Below are positions 1 through 13,291 of a stretch of DNA of 64,000 bases, piece after piece. The DNA comes from Mustelus asterias (taxonomy: Eukaryota). The stretch's first letter is position 1. Every line of letters starts with the position of its first letter. The stretch is taken from NCBI RefSeq assembly GCF_964213995.1, contig NC_135806.1, forward strand, positions 53,754,001-53,818,000, given 5' to 3'. Both the position numbers and the translations under genes were made by a program. Below the pieces are notes generated by a model that was not told the origin of the DNA, ran no database searches, and saw only the letters and a list, made by a program, of their open reading frames with translations.

Positions 1-2834
1 GGAGCTATGAGGGTTGGGTGTGGAAAGAGGTGGCATGGGGAATGTAGAAGGGAGGAATGTAAGAAGGTCAGAGGGGAAGAGGCCTATCCTTTGTTTCGCT
101 GGGATAAAGTTCCAGAGCACCAAGGAGGGCATTTTAAACAGTCTGCCTCGGCACTTGTTCCTGTGGCTGCCTCGGAAACACTTCCAGGGAGCGGTGGCTT
201 CCAATCCACTTAACATCCAACCCCACATTAGAACAAAAATCCTAATTTTAGTGGCACTTTCTCCCGAGGTGGATAGACCGAGTCAGGAAATTTCCCGACT
301 CCCACAACCCACCTCTAGGAATAGAACCCAGGAGGGAATCCTAGAATGGGAATGCGCAAGTGAGCAGAATGAGGGAGGACAGAAATCTCAGAGGCTTCTG
401 TAGTTTTTTTAGCATATTTTGTTTCAGAATGCTCCATTGGAGGTTTTAGTACTGTATAAATATAAGTTCTGTTTCTAGGCAGGAAGAGGGTACTGATACA
501 GGGAGGAGAAAAGTTATTGAATCGAGTTGAAAACAAGGATGAGAATGTTAAAATCAAAGCGCCATTGGATTTGGTACCTCTTGCTTGCACTAGATTTTAA
601 TCTGTGCACCATTGGTGTCCATTTTTTCAGCTGCCTAGGTGCTAGTGTCTGGAATTCTCTCCATAATACTTTCTACCGTCTACCATCCTCCTCCAAGACA
701 CTCCTTAAACTCTACCTCTTTGACTGGGCTTTTGTTCAACTGTTCTAATATCTTATGTGGCTAAGTGTCAAATGTTATTCGATAGCATTCCTGTGTCATG
801 CCTTGGAATGTTTTGCTATGTTAAAAAAGTGCTCTATAAATGCAAGTTGTTATTGAGATATGCTCAGTCAGGGTGCATCACGAATACCCATGTAAAAGGT
901 TGAAAAAGTCTAGGCGCTTGCAAGTCATGCAGATAATTGTGTCTCAATCTCTTACACCCATTCACCAATCCGTGCTCTTGAACACGTCCCAGTTCCTTAT
1001 AACAACAATCTCTTTTCCCTGAACTCCCACAAGCTGAAGAGCCATACACCAGTTTCCTGCAATTAGCCTGGTTCACACTCAGTTCAAAATTCCCAGAGAT
1101 TTGTATTTTTGGTGTTTCATGTCAGTTTTTCCAAACAGATTTTTAAAAGATGTATCCCGAAAGATCTGTAATGAATTGTTTCTTTGAAAATATGAGTGAA
1201 GCTTGCCTTTGCATTTTCTCAAAATGACTGTATGAATGATGGTTAGATGGTTTCCAACTTTAATTTTCATTCTTAAAGATGAAATATGCAGTAGGGGTTC
1301 CTCTTCTCCCTTGGTTCCCAGTTGTTGATGTTTCCTGTTGGCTTTTTGACAATTGTTACCGTACCATGCAAATTAATAAGAGTAACAGAAATCTTGACTG
1401 ATGTCTACGTCAGCAAAAATGGCCTGGAGATAGCTGCAGCTTTCTGATTACATCTCCGCACGATATTTCTAGCTTAATTGTTTTGTATGCACCCAACAGT
1501 TACTTAAATGTGAAATATTCTCCAGCAGCCATATCTTTAAAAAGTATGTTTGAAAAACTGCTGCGAAAGACCAGAAATAAAAGTTTGTTTTTTGCTGCAC
1601 CTAAATCTCTGGGTATTTTGAACTGAGTGTGAACGAGAATGATTGTAGGAAATGTGCGCGTGCCTCTTCAGTTTGTGGGGGCGTTAGGGGAAAAAAGGGG
1701 ATTGGGGTAGTGCTGTTATAACGAAACTTTGGTTCACGTCCCTCTCATGAGAACAAGCACAAAAATCAAGAGTGACGCTCCAGCGCATTATGCAAAGGGT
1801 GCTGCACTGTCAGAAACGCCAGCTCTTAGATGAGCTGTTAAAGCATAGCCCTCCTACTTGGGTGGATGCCAAAGGTCCTATGGCATTATGTCCTGGTCAA
1901 TCTTTGATCCTTCCATCAATATCACAAAATAGATCATGTGGTTACAATCACTTGGCTGTTTGTGGGGAGTTTGCAGAGCATTAACTGACTGCTCTTTTTT
2001 CTACATTACAATACTTCTTAAAGTACTTAATTGACAGAGAAGTACTTCGAGACGTCTGCTGATTATGAGCAGTGCTGTATAAATACAAGCCTTTCCTTTT
2101 TTTAAGAAGCAACTATAAGAATTGAAACAAATATACTCGATAGAATTTCATTCCAGATATGTTGCCATTTACAAATACCAAATCATTCCATTAACAGCAT
2201 TTTTGTACAACATTAAAACATCTGAAAGCCATTAGTAGGTACATCAACATTAATTGTCCACACAACAGAATGCAAAACAATACTGCTCTTTGGTGAGAAC
2301 AGCTACAAGAATCATTCTCCAGTTTTATGTTCTCTCAAACTATTGGATGAAGGTTGCCAGTCACACAAGTCAGAAGGATAATGGTTAGGGAAATTGAACA
2401 CTGCTGTGGTAGATTTTGAGAGTGGGATTAAGATATTATTGTTGGGCAGAGCATAGTAAGTTTCACTCTGATGCTAGGACATTTCACCTGGGACTGCTTG
2501 ATGGTGGAGCCATTCCTCAGCATTAACCTCCTTAAAGAGCCCCAAAATGAATCAAAATTAGAAAGATTGAATATCTTTGATGCAATGATCATGCATCTGT
2601 TGCTCTCCCAGTTCATCTACGTTAGTTTTTCTTTCCATTGTTTGGTCATTCTACTTTGCCTTCCTCGTAACACTCATGAATCACTCAGGACCTTGTGGGA
2701 AATTTTCTAATAATCCCTTAGCCCCCAAGTGCAAGTTAAATCAATGTTTTGGTGTTCTGCATTGAATTAAACAGAAATGGTCCATCATATGCCTTGCAGT
2801 CTCTCACAGAAGTGAAACTGAATCTTTTACTTAC

Positions 2835-2940
2835 CATCTGCAGTGAAGTGGAGCCATAGGCACTTAAAGTGCGTTGGTGACAAACAGCTGCTGCATTTGT
2901 TTGTTGGAAACATTGCCTCCTAATTTCAGCTGAGGAATAC
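2835..2940 (-). CDS. DOCK8: DOCK8 coding exon 2 (106 nt; (R)YSSAEIRRQCFQQTNAAAVCHQRTLSAYGSTSLQM)
   Basis: Minus-strand acceptor ttattgtag| and donor |gtaagt. The peptide resembles human DOCK8 RYSSAEIRKQF...STSGFPSLQL, and its phase joins exon 1 (AG+G = Arg). Confidence 0.92.
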
Positions 2941-3573
2941 CTACAATAAAGAATCATTACATTAAAACTTAAGATGTGGATAATGGCAGAACTCTTAGAT
3001 GATTAAAGTATTTTGTTTCAGTAATAATTCATTTTCTGTTACAGATCAATGACAGGTTCAGGACTGTGTGTCCTGTCTTTGCTAGCTTAAAAAAACTCTT
3101 GATTTTTCCTTAGGTTTTTTGTTAAAATGTGTTGACAGGCAAAGAGAACTCCATAACTATTCCTATCATTCATAACCAGCTCAAACTAGGTTTCCAAGTA
3201 CCTGTTTCAACCTCAATGGGACTTGGCAGTAAAAAAAAGTGTTGAATAAAACATGCGAGTCCCAATATTAAATCCAGGCAGGTAGATAGCAGCATTACAT
3301 GTGTAAAATAATTACTGCTCAAAGACTTTCTTCATTTAAAATTACATCAAAAGTCACAAGTTTGACAAGCCACAGAGTGCAAAGGTATTTATTGAAACAT
3401 TCCTCTTTTCATAAAAAGAAAAACAAATGCATGCCCTACCATTTGCAAGTTACCCATTATACTTGGCCCTTAAAAGATCATATATGAACAAAAAGGTGTT
3501 TCTTTCTAGTCACGCACACCTTCAGGGAATCGGATCCTAGAGGTACCCCAGATGATGTGGTGGGATCCCGATT

Positions 3574-3965
3574 CCCCCCCCCCCCCCCCCCCCCGGGCTG
3601 GGCATTTACCCTGCACCTGGAGGTCTTTGATGGCTCAACTCTTAACACAATGGTTAGCCAGGCAAAATTAGAAGTAAAATTAAAACAAGTTACTCCTGAC
3701 TAACTACACTTAACCTCCCCAGGTCCCCCAAATTGCACCTTCAACCACACTCCCAATCCCTCGCCAACTGCCCCAACGACTCTCACAGCACTCCGACTAC
3801 TCAACCGCAGCACCAATTACCCTTCCATCCTCCACACCACCCACCCAACTGCTCTGTGGACCACCGGTCTACCCTTCCACTCTACCCTACTGCTCCTAAC
3901 TGCCTTCGCTAACCCCCGCATCACCCCATGATTACCCTCCCAATCCCTACCTCCCACCCCCTCGC
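3574..3965. repeat. Poly-C tract and C-rich low-complexity region
   Basis: About 21 C at 3574-3594 and a strongly C-skewed degenerate repeat at ~3710-3965. Confidence 0.7.
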
Positions 3966-4318
3966 TCAGCTCTTTTACTTCTGAGTATTTCTGACATGTG
4001 TGCAGATTGTTATGAAGCCATACTTCATAAAGAAAACTATTTTATGTATTTAGTAGATGGAGACTACAAACCTGAATCTTTACAAAAACCAAGGGGTTTT
4101 TTTACATTCCAAGCACTTGAGATCACAGAGATGGCTGCAAATTTGTATCACTGTACTTTCTACATTCCAAAGCTACTGAAATGGATACTACCTATCAAAG
4201 TACCCATTAAAAGACCAACCACCTTTCCAGCCCCCATTCACAACTGGGTGGGGACTATCATTAGACATCACTTCAGACAATGGACCCTGGCTGACAGAGG
4301 GATTCCCATCCATAATCT

Positions 4319-4445
4319 GCCACTCACCTGATGAAGGAGCAGTGCTCCGAAAGCTTGTGATTCCAAGTAAACCTGTTGGACTTTAACCTGGTGTTGAGAG
4401 ACTTCTTACCGTGCCCAACCCAGTCCAACTCCGGCATCTCCACAT
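4319..4445 (+). mobile_element. Short Penelope-like terminal-repeat (pLTR) insertion with hammerhead motif
   Basis: Same sequence family as the ends of the PLEs at 35.9 kb and 41.9 kb; 12-bp TSD catccataatct at 4307-4318 and 4446-4457. Confidence 0.85.
4324..4360 (+). ncRNA. Minimal type I hammerhead ribozyme motif
   Basis: tcac-CTGATGA-a-GGAGC-agt-GCTCC-GAAA-gct-t-gtga: stem I tcac/gtga, complete core, stem II, and palindromic AGCT stem III. Confidence 0.75.
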
Positions 4446-4741
4446 CATCCATAATCTAATCAAGTTACAACTACAATCCATTAGCCATGACCTTATTTGG
4501 TTCACTTGATAGTTGGAGAGAGTGTCATGTGACAAGACAGTTAACCTTTTGTGTGTTTAAACACCCACTTTCTCCATAGAGCAGTACAAATAAATGAGAT
4601 GCTGGAGAAACAAGAACCTGGCGTGGGTCTCTCTATACCCACCCACCCACCCACACACAACTTGCAATTTAAGAAGTCATCTTCGTTTTTGCTTCCTCTC
4701 CATTTGCCACAACCAGATTTGTTTTGAAGACGCTCCACATG

Positions 4742-5960
4742 TCACCGGTGGAAGGACTGAATGTTTGTGAAAGGGGTGTCAATCAAGCAGGTTGCTTGAG
4801 TGTTGTTGGAGCTGCATTCATCCAGCCAAGAGGAGAGTGTTGCATCACACTCCTGACTTGTACCTTGTAGATGATGGATCGACTTTTGGGAGTCAAGAGG
4901 CGAGTTACTCACTGCAGAATTCCAAGCCTTTGACATGCTTTTGTAATGATAATAAACATATTGCTAATTAAGTTCAGTTTCTGGTCAATGGTAACCCCTC
5001 AGGCTTTGATAGTGGGGAATTCAGCAATGGTAATGCCACGGAGCAATGGTTAGATTCTCTCTTGCAGGAGATGGTCATTGTCTGGCACAAGTGTTGCACA
5101 AATGTTACTTACCATTTGTCATAGGAATTGGGAGAAGTAGGTAATTCAGCCCTTTGAGCCTGTTCCGTCATTCAATCAGATCATGGCTGATCTCTCCCTG
5201 GTCTCAAATCCACCTCCCTACCTGTTACCATTTCCCTTTAACCCATTTTATTTTTAAAATCAGAAATATATCTATCTCTTTCTTGAAACCATTTAATGAT
5301 TCAGACTCCACCGCGCTATGGGGCAGTGAGTTCCACAAATCCACCACCCTCTGCGAGAAGTTGTTCCTCCGCGTCTCAGTTTTAAATTTACTGCTTCTCA
5401 ACCTACACCTGTGATCACTTGTTCTAGATTGTCCCACAAGGGGAAACATTTGGTCTACGTTTACTTTATCTATCCCTTTTAGTATTTTATATATCTTGAT
5501 CAGATCCCCTCTCACTCTTCTGAACTCCAGCGAGTATAAGCCCAAACAGTTTAATCTCTCCTCATAGGTCAAACCCTTTCATTCCCAGAATCAATCTGGT
5601 GAGCCTCCTCTGAACTGCCTCCAATGCCACCACATCCTTCTTCAAATAAGGCGGCCAAAACTGAACACATATTCCAGATGTGGTCTCACCAATACCCTCT
5701 ACAATTGCAACAACACTTCTCTACTTTTATACTTCAGTCCTTTTGCAATAAATGCTAACATTCCACTTGCCTTTTGTATTACATGCCCACACCAACCCAA
5801 GCCTGGATATTGTCCAGGTCTTGCTGCATTTGGACATGGACTGCTTTAGTATCGGAGGAATCACGAATGATGCTGAACATTTTGTGCAATCATCAGCGAA
5901 TATTCCCACTTCTGATCTAATGATGGAAGGAAGGTCATTGATGAAGCAGTGAAAATGGTT
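4742..5960 (-). mobile_element. Degenerate CR1/L2-clade LINE fragment (family B) interrupted by a CR1 at ~5122-5785
   Basis: RT-like remnants (FINDLPSIIRSEVGIFADDC); related sequence recurs at 6.5, 15.7, 27.5 and 61.2 kb. Confidence 0.7.
5122..5785 (-). mobile_element. CR1 LINE 3' fragment
   Basis: ORF 5225-5572 (YEERLNCLGLYSLEFRRVRGDLI...FSQRVVDLWNSLP) is the CR1 ORF2 C-terminus. Confidence 0.9.
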
Positions 5961-5974
5961 GAGGAGGAGGCTCC

Positions 5975-7240
5975 TCAAATTTCCCCATCCTCAATGATGG
6001 GCGAGCCAAAGACAAGGCTGAAGCATTTGCAACAACTTCAGCCAGAAGTGCCGAGTGGATGATCTATCTGGTCCTCCTCCAGAGGTTCCCAACATCACAA
6101 GATGCCAGTCTTCACCAATTTGTTTCACTCCCTGAGATAAAGGAAATCATAGAAATCATAGAAACCCTACAGTGCAGAAGGAGGCCATTCGGCCCATCGA
6201 GTCTGCACCGACCACAATCCCACCCAGGCCCTACCCCCACATATTTACCCACTAATCCCTCTAACCTACGCATCCCAGGACTCTAAGGGGCAATTTTTAA
6301 CCTGGCCAATCAACCTAACCCGCACATCTTTGGACTGTGGGAGGAAACCGGAGCACCCGGAGGAAACCCACGCAGACACGAGGAGAATGTGCAAACTCCA
6401 CACAGACAGTGACCCAAGCCAGGAATCGAACCTGGGACCCTGGAGCTGTGAAGCAGCAGTGCTAACCACTGTGCTACCGGGGATAGCTGAAAAGACTGGA
6501 TACTGCAAAGGCTAGGGGCCTTGACAATAGTACTGAAGATTTGTACTCAATCAGTAGTAAATTGATGGAAGATGTCAGCAATAGTGTTATCAAGCAGCAT
6601 TTGCTTAAGTATAGCTTGCTCACTAATACTCAGTTTGTGTTCTATCAGGGCCACGAAGCTCCTGACCTCATCACAACCTTGTTTCAAACATGGACAGACA
6701 TGGACAAACATGGACAAATGACCTGAGCTTCAGAGGTGGGGCAAGAGTGACAGCCTTTGACATCAAGGCAGCATTAAATTGTGTGGATTCAAGAAGGCAT
6801 AGTAAAGCTGAAATCAAAGGGAATAAGGGGGAAAATTCCAAATGTTGGAGTGATACCTAACATGAAGGAAAATGGTTGCGGCGGTTGGAGATCAATCATC
6901 TCAGCTCAAGGACATAATTGCACGGGTTCCTCTGGGATACTGCCCTCAGCTGCTTCATCAATGACATTCCATCCATTAAAGGTCAGAGATGGGATGTTCG
7001 CCGATGATTGCACAACGTTCAGCACCATTCACGACTCTTAGATACTGAAGCAGTCCATGTCCAAATGCAGCAAGACCGGGACAATATCCAAGATTTGTCT
7101 AACAAGTGGAAAGTATTCATGTCACACCAGTGCCAGGCAATGACCATTTCCAAAGAGAGAGAGAGAATCTAACCATCTTCACATTTAATGACATTAACAT
7201 TGTTAAATCTCCCACTCTCATCTTAGGGGGCACCATTGAC
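5975..7240 (+). mobile_element. Degenerate LINE family B RT fragment (contains the SINE at 6143-6478)
   Basis: Frameshifted RT remnants (APDLITTL, MFADDCT). Confidence 0.65.
6143..6478 (-). mobile_element. HE1-like tRNA-derived SINE
   Basis: On the minus strand, A-box-like gtggttagcac, B-box ggttcgattcc and a (tttctatga)n tail; near-identical to the copy at 48651. Confidence 0.9.
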
Positions 7241-7910
7241 CAGGGCAAGTTGATAAGATGGATACGAAAGCATATGGGATGCCTGGTGCTGTAAAGACAA
7301 AAACAAGAATGTCAGAGTAATTTTTTCCAAGTCACTGGCTAGATCTCAAATGGAGCACTGTGTTCACTTCTGGGAAGCACAATTTAGGAGGCCGGTCACA
7401 GCCATGAAGAGGATGTAAAGGAGGCTTATCCAGGATGTCACAAGGGATGAGGGACTTCATTGTTCCTCCCTGCCTAGCCTCCGACACATCCACTCCATTC
7501 ACTCATCCACCCCAGGTTCCCGATCCCTCCCTATTCAAAACTCCAGATTTACCTGTGTGTAGCTGCCATGGCGGTCTTCATCCCAGGGTCTGCTTACAGT
7601 CCCTACAGTATCCACTATGGAGTCCTAGCATTGCTGTAACTGCTAGAGCTGCCTCAAGGACAAGAATTCCTCTCACTGAGGGGTGCAAGTCTCATTTTAG
7701 CTTGATTAACTCAACAATAGCATGTGATTGCTATTGGGCAGACCTCTGTTTGGCTAGTATCCAACTCTTGCAATGGGGATGGATGAGTAATATGCTGCTG
7801 CTCCTATTTTCTATGTTTCTATGTAAAAGTGACATGGTTGGCAAACACAAAAGGAGAGCTGCAGCAGAGGATAATAGAGAAGGCACCTTTACAATGAGCT
7901 GTGTATAATG

Positions 7911-8777
7911 TGTTAAAATCCAGGTCAGAAACTCCAAGGTGTTTTATGAAGTCAGCCTAGATCATACGTTTTGCACTTTGAATTTGGTGCAGGTAAGCAT
8001 AAGATATTTTACTCCAGATATGATTCAAATGACTCATTAGGGAGCTTTCATCAAACAATGTTAACTGTATTCTTAAATAAACTCAGAAAAAAATACCAAT
8101 AGCTTTCACTAATTATAAACAAGAAAAAAAAAACCATGATATTGCATGAACCTTAACAACTAAATGCCCTGTTCCAGTACAACAAACCTCTTTATAAACA
8201 TACACCTGCCACAGGTTTAGCACAGAAAATAAGAATGCTCACATGGTTTTGCAGCTCAGCAATACCTGCTGTGATTACTTCTTTGGATAGCAAATTCAAA
8301 CTCTGACTTCTCCATTCTGGAAATTCCAGCACCTCGAGGTAGAGATAATGCCACTGCTGGCCTCTAGCTTGCAAACCATCAACAGCAAGATTTTCACTCC
8401 AGAAAATTAAAGAAAGACTGCTTCCAAATTAGCCAGCAGGATTTCTAACACCAGGGAGGATATATAGAAACACTGTTCTCAGTCTGGATTCCCCATATAT
8501 TCTAACTAGCCAGCAACCAAGACTGAAAGTAAGAACTCTGGTGAGGGAGAAAAAAAAACTGTCCCACCTGACCCGTCAATCAATCTTCCCACAACACTTC
8601 AAAAACATCGTAAACTCCCAGAAAGTGCATTAGGCCAAGGTTAAAAATAAACAAAACCCCATTTAAGCCATTTAAGCAGCAATAAAAAGGACATCTAATC
8701 AGGCAGCCTGGTACCTGTTTGTAACTGCAGAGAACATGATTAAAAGAAACATTTCTTAAAGGAACAGTGGTGTCACA
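7911..8777 (-). mobile_element. Solo LTR (867 bp)
   Basis: TGTT...CACA termini, 4-bp TSD AATG (7907-7910 and 8778-8781); related inverted copy at ~25725-26422. Strand inferred only from a polyA-like motif. Confidence 0.75.
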
Positions 8778-10849
8778 AATGCAGTTAATGATATAGGAAT
8801 CAGATAAAAGGAGTCCCTGGGGAATCTGTGCCATCAACTTAGCTCAGGAGGTTCTGCAGGAATATACTGTTTGGGTAATGATGGTCTCCAGAGGCTATGG
8901 ATGGAGTAGAGCTACCATTGCAGGTGATCCGAGGACTAAATTCATTGAGTGAGAAATGGTGAGAGATCCCACATTCTGGAGGCAGATTTGGAATGATGAA
9001 GATAACACATGGTGCCACATTTGTTCAGAGACTGATATGAATGTTTTGGAATCTCACAAGTTAATCTGCTATTCCATATGAAATTTTACATTCTTACTGG
9101 GTGTACTTTACCTTTTAACTGATGTTTGATTTACAGGGATTCTGATGTGTGTTAAATTGAAAGCTACAAAAAGTAGAAGCTTGTTGCTAATTTCTTCATT
9201 TGAAGGTCATTCAGTAAATTTGATACATAGTTCCTCCATTGGGATTGTATCAATATGGAAAATGAAAAATATTAATATCAAAGGCCACATAAAATTACTT
9301 GCGAGGATGTCTGGGGATTTCCTTCTTCAAACTATTTTTTCCATTGCTGTGTGTTGTTTTCTTTTACAATTTTTGCAATAGGATAGAAATCAGTTTTGTT
9401 TTGAGATCTAGGATTGAATAGAATTCATTGTGTGTCCATGCATTGGTAATAACAGCAATGCAACTTAACATGTTCAGCATCATAGGGCAAAATATCATTA
9501 ATTTTCAAGTGCACATCTGGATAGGTTTTCAACGCATTGGAATGATGTTTTAGTAAAATGTAGGAAATTGTCTGACCCGAGACATTTCCTCCTGGTCACA
9601 ATATAAAATCTAAACTTAAAACAACAGCAGTATGCTGTTGTTTTGAAACCTCTAATACCAATAAAGAAAGAGACCTCAATTTTAAAATTGTATTTACTCC
9701 AATAGTAGTAATGTGTTTTGCATACACAGATTATCTTGCTGATACATTTGATTAAAGAAAATTCTGCGACTGTGGTGCAAATGGAAGTCTGAATTATAAT
9801 GGCTCAGGTCTAGGAGATCCAATTTTCAACTTAAAATTTAGCTGTTATTACAATTATCTACCAATATAGATAATTGATCACCTAGAAGTGGTTATTTACT
9901 GCAATGAGTTTTGGTTGTCGAGCTGGCTTAACAATTTCTCCTCTTAAGACATGGACTTGAATGGAAAATAGTTTAGGGTGATTAGATAAATCTCTACTCT
10001 GTTGACTGTAAAAATGTTAACACGGAAATGGAATGAAGAGAGTTTAGTAATTGGCACAAGTCCAAAACATTGAAACTCGTCATAGCTTGGCTAATTTAGT
10101 TCTAATTTATGCAATCTTACTCAGAAGGCTACAACAGTGACCGATTTGGGAAATAGACAAGTTACACTGATGCACAGGGTTGCTCTTCTGAAGTTAGTTG
10201 GAAAAAACCGTTCAGTCAGGGAAAAGTGAATTTTGTTTCCTTACGGAGAACCTAATGTGATGAATGTCGATTGGATGGCAAAAATAGAAAAGTACTTCCT
10301 TCCTCACAACGGAGTCTTTCAGACTGATTAAGTTTTGCATTAAGTTAAACTGTTAGGTTTATCGTGTTTTACCATTTCCTCAAAAGCTGTTCACGGTCAT
10401 CATCAGTACTCCTACAAAGATGGAGCTCAACTCAGTTTTATTATTTAGTAATTGTGATTCAGCAACCACTCCTATCTAGTCAGCAAAAGGAGGAGATGAA
10501 TACACCAGGGGTGTAAATAGTGATTGATGTACGATATAAAATGCATCAGGACACGTTATCAGTTTGGTGTGAAACCTTGAAACAAAAATCAAGCAATGCA
10601 GAAGTGGTGAGAGCAAAGAGTCCAGTATATTGTTAGGAGTAAACTGATATATAATATCAATAAGAAACTAATAGGTGAAGAAGCCAACACAACAACAGTT
10701 TAGTGTGGGATTAATTGTTTTTTGATCTGGGGATGTGAGCATCATTGGACAGCCATTATTTAGTGCCAATCCACAATTGCCCTCGAGAAGGCAATGTTGA
10801 GCTGCTTCTTGAGCATGTGGTGTGTAAATACCCAAATATTTCTGCTCAT

Positions 10850-11075
10850 ATAAAAGCAAAATACTGCAGATGCTGAAAATCGGAAAGCAGAAAATGCTCA
10901 GGATTGTCAGGAAACAGCAGCAGCACTAACATTTCAGGACAATAACTTTTCATCAGAACTGGGAATAGTTTACACATGTAATAGGCTTTAGATAAGTAAG
11001 TGTGGAGGATGGGAAAAGAACAATAGGGATGGTTTGTAATAGAGTGGAAGGCAGGAGAGATTAAATGATAAAAAG
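10850..11075 (-). mobile_element. Penelope-like terminal repeat, family 2, with degenerate hammerhead (10925-10960)
   Basis: Minus strand agtt-CTGATGA-...-GAAA-tgtt; related copies at ~15.2, 28.3, 31.6 and 50.6 kb. Confidence 0.55.
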
Positions 11076-11675
11076 AGTTGAATGTCGTCGGGTCCATCCC
11101 GAGGCTCGCACAACGGAATTCTCCATTGGCCGCAGGTGGGATTTTACGAGCCTCGCCCGAGTGAGGTCGTAAAATCCCAGACAAAATCATTGGTGTTTTA
11201 AATTAATGCTTCAGCACTTAAAATGTGAAAAATGTTTTGGTCCACTCCTTCCTGGAGACAGAGTTGAAAAATCACGCTGAATAATTAAATTTTAGAAAAA
11301 GTCAAATTTTTTTCAAATAAAATAAAATGTTGCATAGTACTTTGCTAATAGCTTACCAAGATTCAGTATCTTAGCTCACAGTGGAGGTAAGAATCATTTC
11401 TATTTAGTCCTGCTTGCTAAATTCAGAACTGAGGATTAAATAGTACTTAATTGCCATTTTGATTGTTTTAAATCAGCTGCATAGTTTCAGCTATTCGGAA
11501 AAGAGGCATGATGGTAAATGATGACCCCGCCCCCGCCACCTCCCCAGGGGAGGCTATGGCTCTTAAGAAACTTCAGTTCAAGTTTTAATAATTACTCTCA
11601 GATTTTCAGCACTGACCGTCTTTAATCCAGACTCCTCACCTGCTGGGTTTTACTTCCTGCTAAGTAACAGTCTGG

Positions 11676-11830
11676 ACGGCACAGTGACGCGGTGGTTAGC
11701 ACTGTCTGCGTGGAGTTTGTATGTTCTCCCAGTGTGGATGTGGGTTTTCACCAGGTGCTCAGATTTCCCCTCACAGTGCAAAGACATGCAGGTTGGATGG
11801 ATTGGCCATGCTAAATTGCCCCTTAGTTGG
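11676..11830 (+). mobile_element. HE1-like SINE, internally deleted
   Basis: Partial match to the SINE head and body. Confidence 0.75.
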
Positions 11831-12184
11831 TGTGGGTGTGAGAGTGTGGCTATGCTTGATGTGGTGTAATGTCCCTCAAGCTATAAGCCCCTGGTGACAG
11901 ACTTGCGACCTGTTCCAGGGGTAATTAACCACAGAAACAGATGAAAGTCTGACCTATGCACTATTCGGGTGCAGAAAGGTTCAGAGTAAGCAAGAAAGTG
12001 AGAGCAAGAGAGTGAGAGTGAGCGAAATTGAAGACAGTCTAGCTCTGTTACCAGGAGCTCACCCCCTGCATTCAAAACTAATTTCAATTGATGAAAATTA
12101 GTTGGGATCATGGTGCATTTGGGGCCTAAGTCACAGAGACCCAGTCCTAAATCACCCCAGGAGAAATAGCTCTCATCGACCTTG

Positions 12185-12549
12185 ACAGAATCCCTACAGT
12201 GAGGAGGGGAACCATTTGGTCCATCGAGTCAACATCAACTCTCCGACAGACCGTCTTACACAGGTCCAGGCCCAACCCTCACCATCCGCATAACGATACT
12301 CATTTACACCGCTAAAGCCGTCACCTACACATAAAAAGGGGCAAGTTAGCTTGTGTAATCCACCTAACCTGGCACATCTTTGAACTGGCGGGGGGGGGGG
12401 GGGGGGGGGAGGGGAGAGAGAAGAGAGAAAGAGAGAACTGGAGCACCCGGAGGAAACCCACATGGGGTGAACGTGCAAACACCACACAGTCACCCAAGAC
12501 TGGAATTGAACCTGGGTTCCTGGCGCTGTGAGGTAGCAGTGCTAACCAC
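12185..12549 (-). mobile_element. HE1-like SINE with an internal poly-G/GA expansion
   Basis: SINE head at ~12500-12549; G-run of about 20 nt at ~12390-12409. Confidence 0.8.
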
Positions 12550-13291
12550 TTAAAAAAGGGCTACAAACAAAATGTGGATGATTTGATCTAATGGATCATT
12601 TGTTGTTGAAATCACATATCAAAAATATTAAGCCATGTTAAACATTGATTATATCGTCAAGTTTGTATATTAAAGTGGACTTTTCCAGTACTTGGAAATG
12701 TAGAAAATAAACCATAGTAAATAGAGTTCCCATGCAACCTTCTTTGGGAATTTTCTGATGTTTAGGAGGTCAAGCCATTCCAGTTTTCCTCCCCACCTGA
12801 AGGCACTGACTCTGCAGGGGTAAGGCACCATTCACCCATCAATCTTTCCCAAATGATCATTTTTCATCTGTGATTCCAGAGATTTTCTAATGGGCTACAA
12901 TGTAGAAAATGCAATGGGCAAGGCTTTTGTCCATCTGACCACAATAACAGTAATTCTGCCAAAGTTTCCAGAGTCAGTATAATTATAATATTAAAAAGTG
13001 AGCTCCAGGCATTGAAAAGTCTCTCATTGGGAACTTGCCCATATGAGGCATGGAATGGCAATGCTGCTATTCCTTCAGGGTTTAAACATCTGCAGCAGCC
13101 TTAAGGAATAGAAGTGCACTATAAAAACTGTTTTTGGGAGTTAATTTGTAAATGAAAAATACCTACAAGATCTACCGGGCGAGACAGAGCCTGCAATATT
13201 TCCCAAGGCAATAACTCTTCTGGCTGATCTTTGATTACACTTGAGTGTGTTTCTATTCTAGGACCCACACGGGCTCAGTCACGTTATGTCA

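Noticed and set aside
1080-1700. Possible additional DOCK8 exon or transposase remnant
   Set aside because: I found no peptide resembling DOCK8 exon 3 (PQFYDPVEPVDFE-like) and no convincing transposase motif; exon 3 probably lies left of the window.
2736-2957. 73-aa standalone ORF
   Set aside because: It is DOCK8 exon 2 plus intronic flanks.
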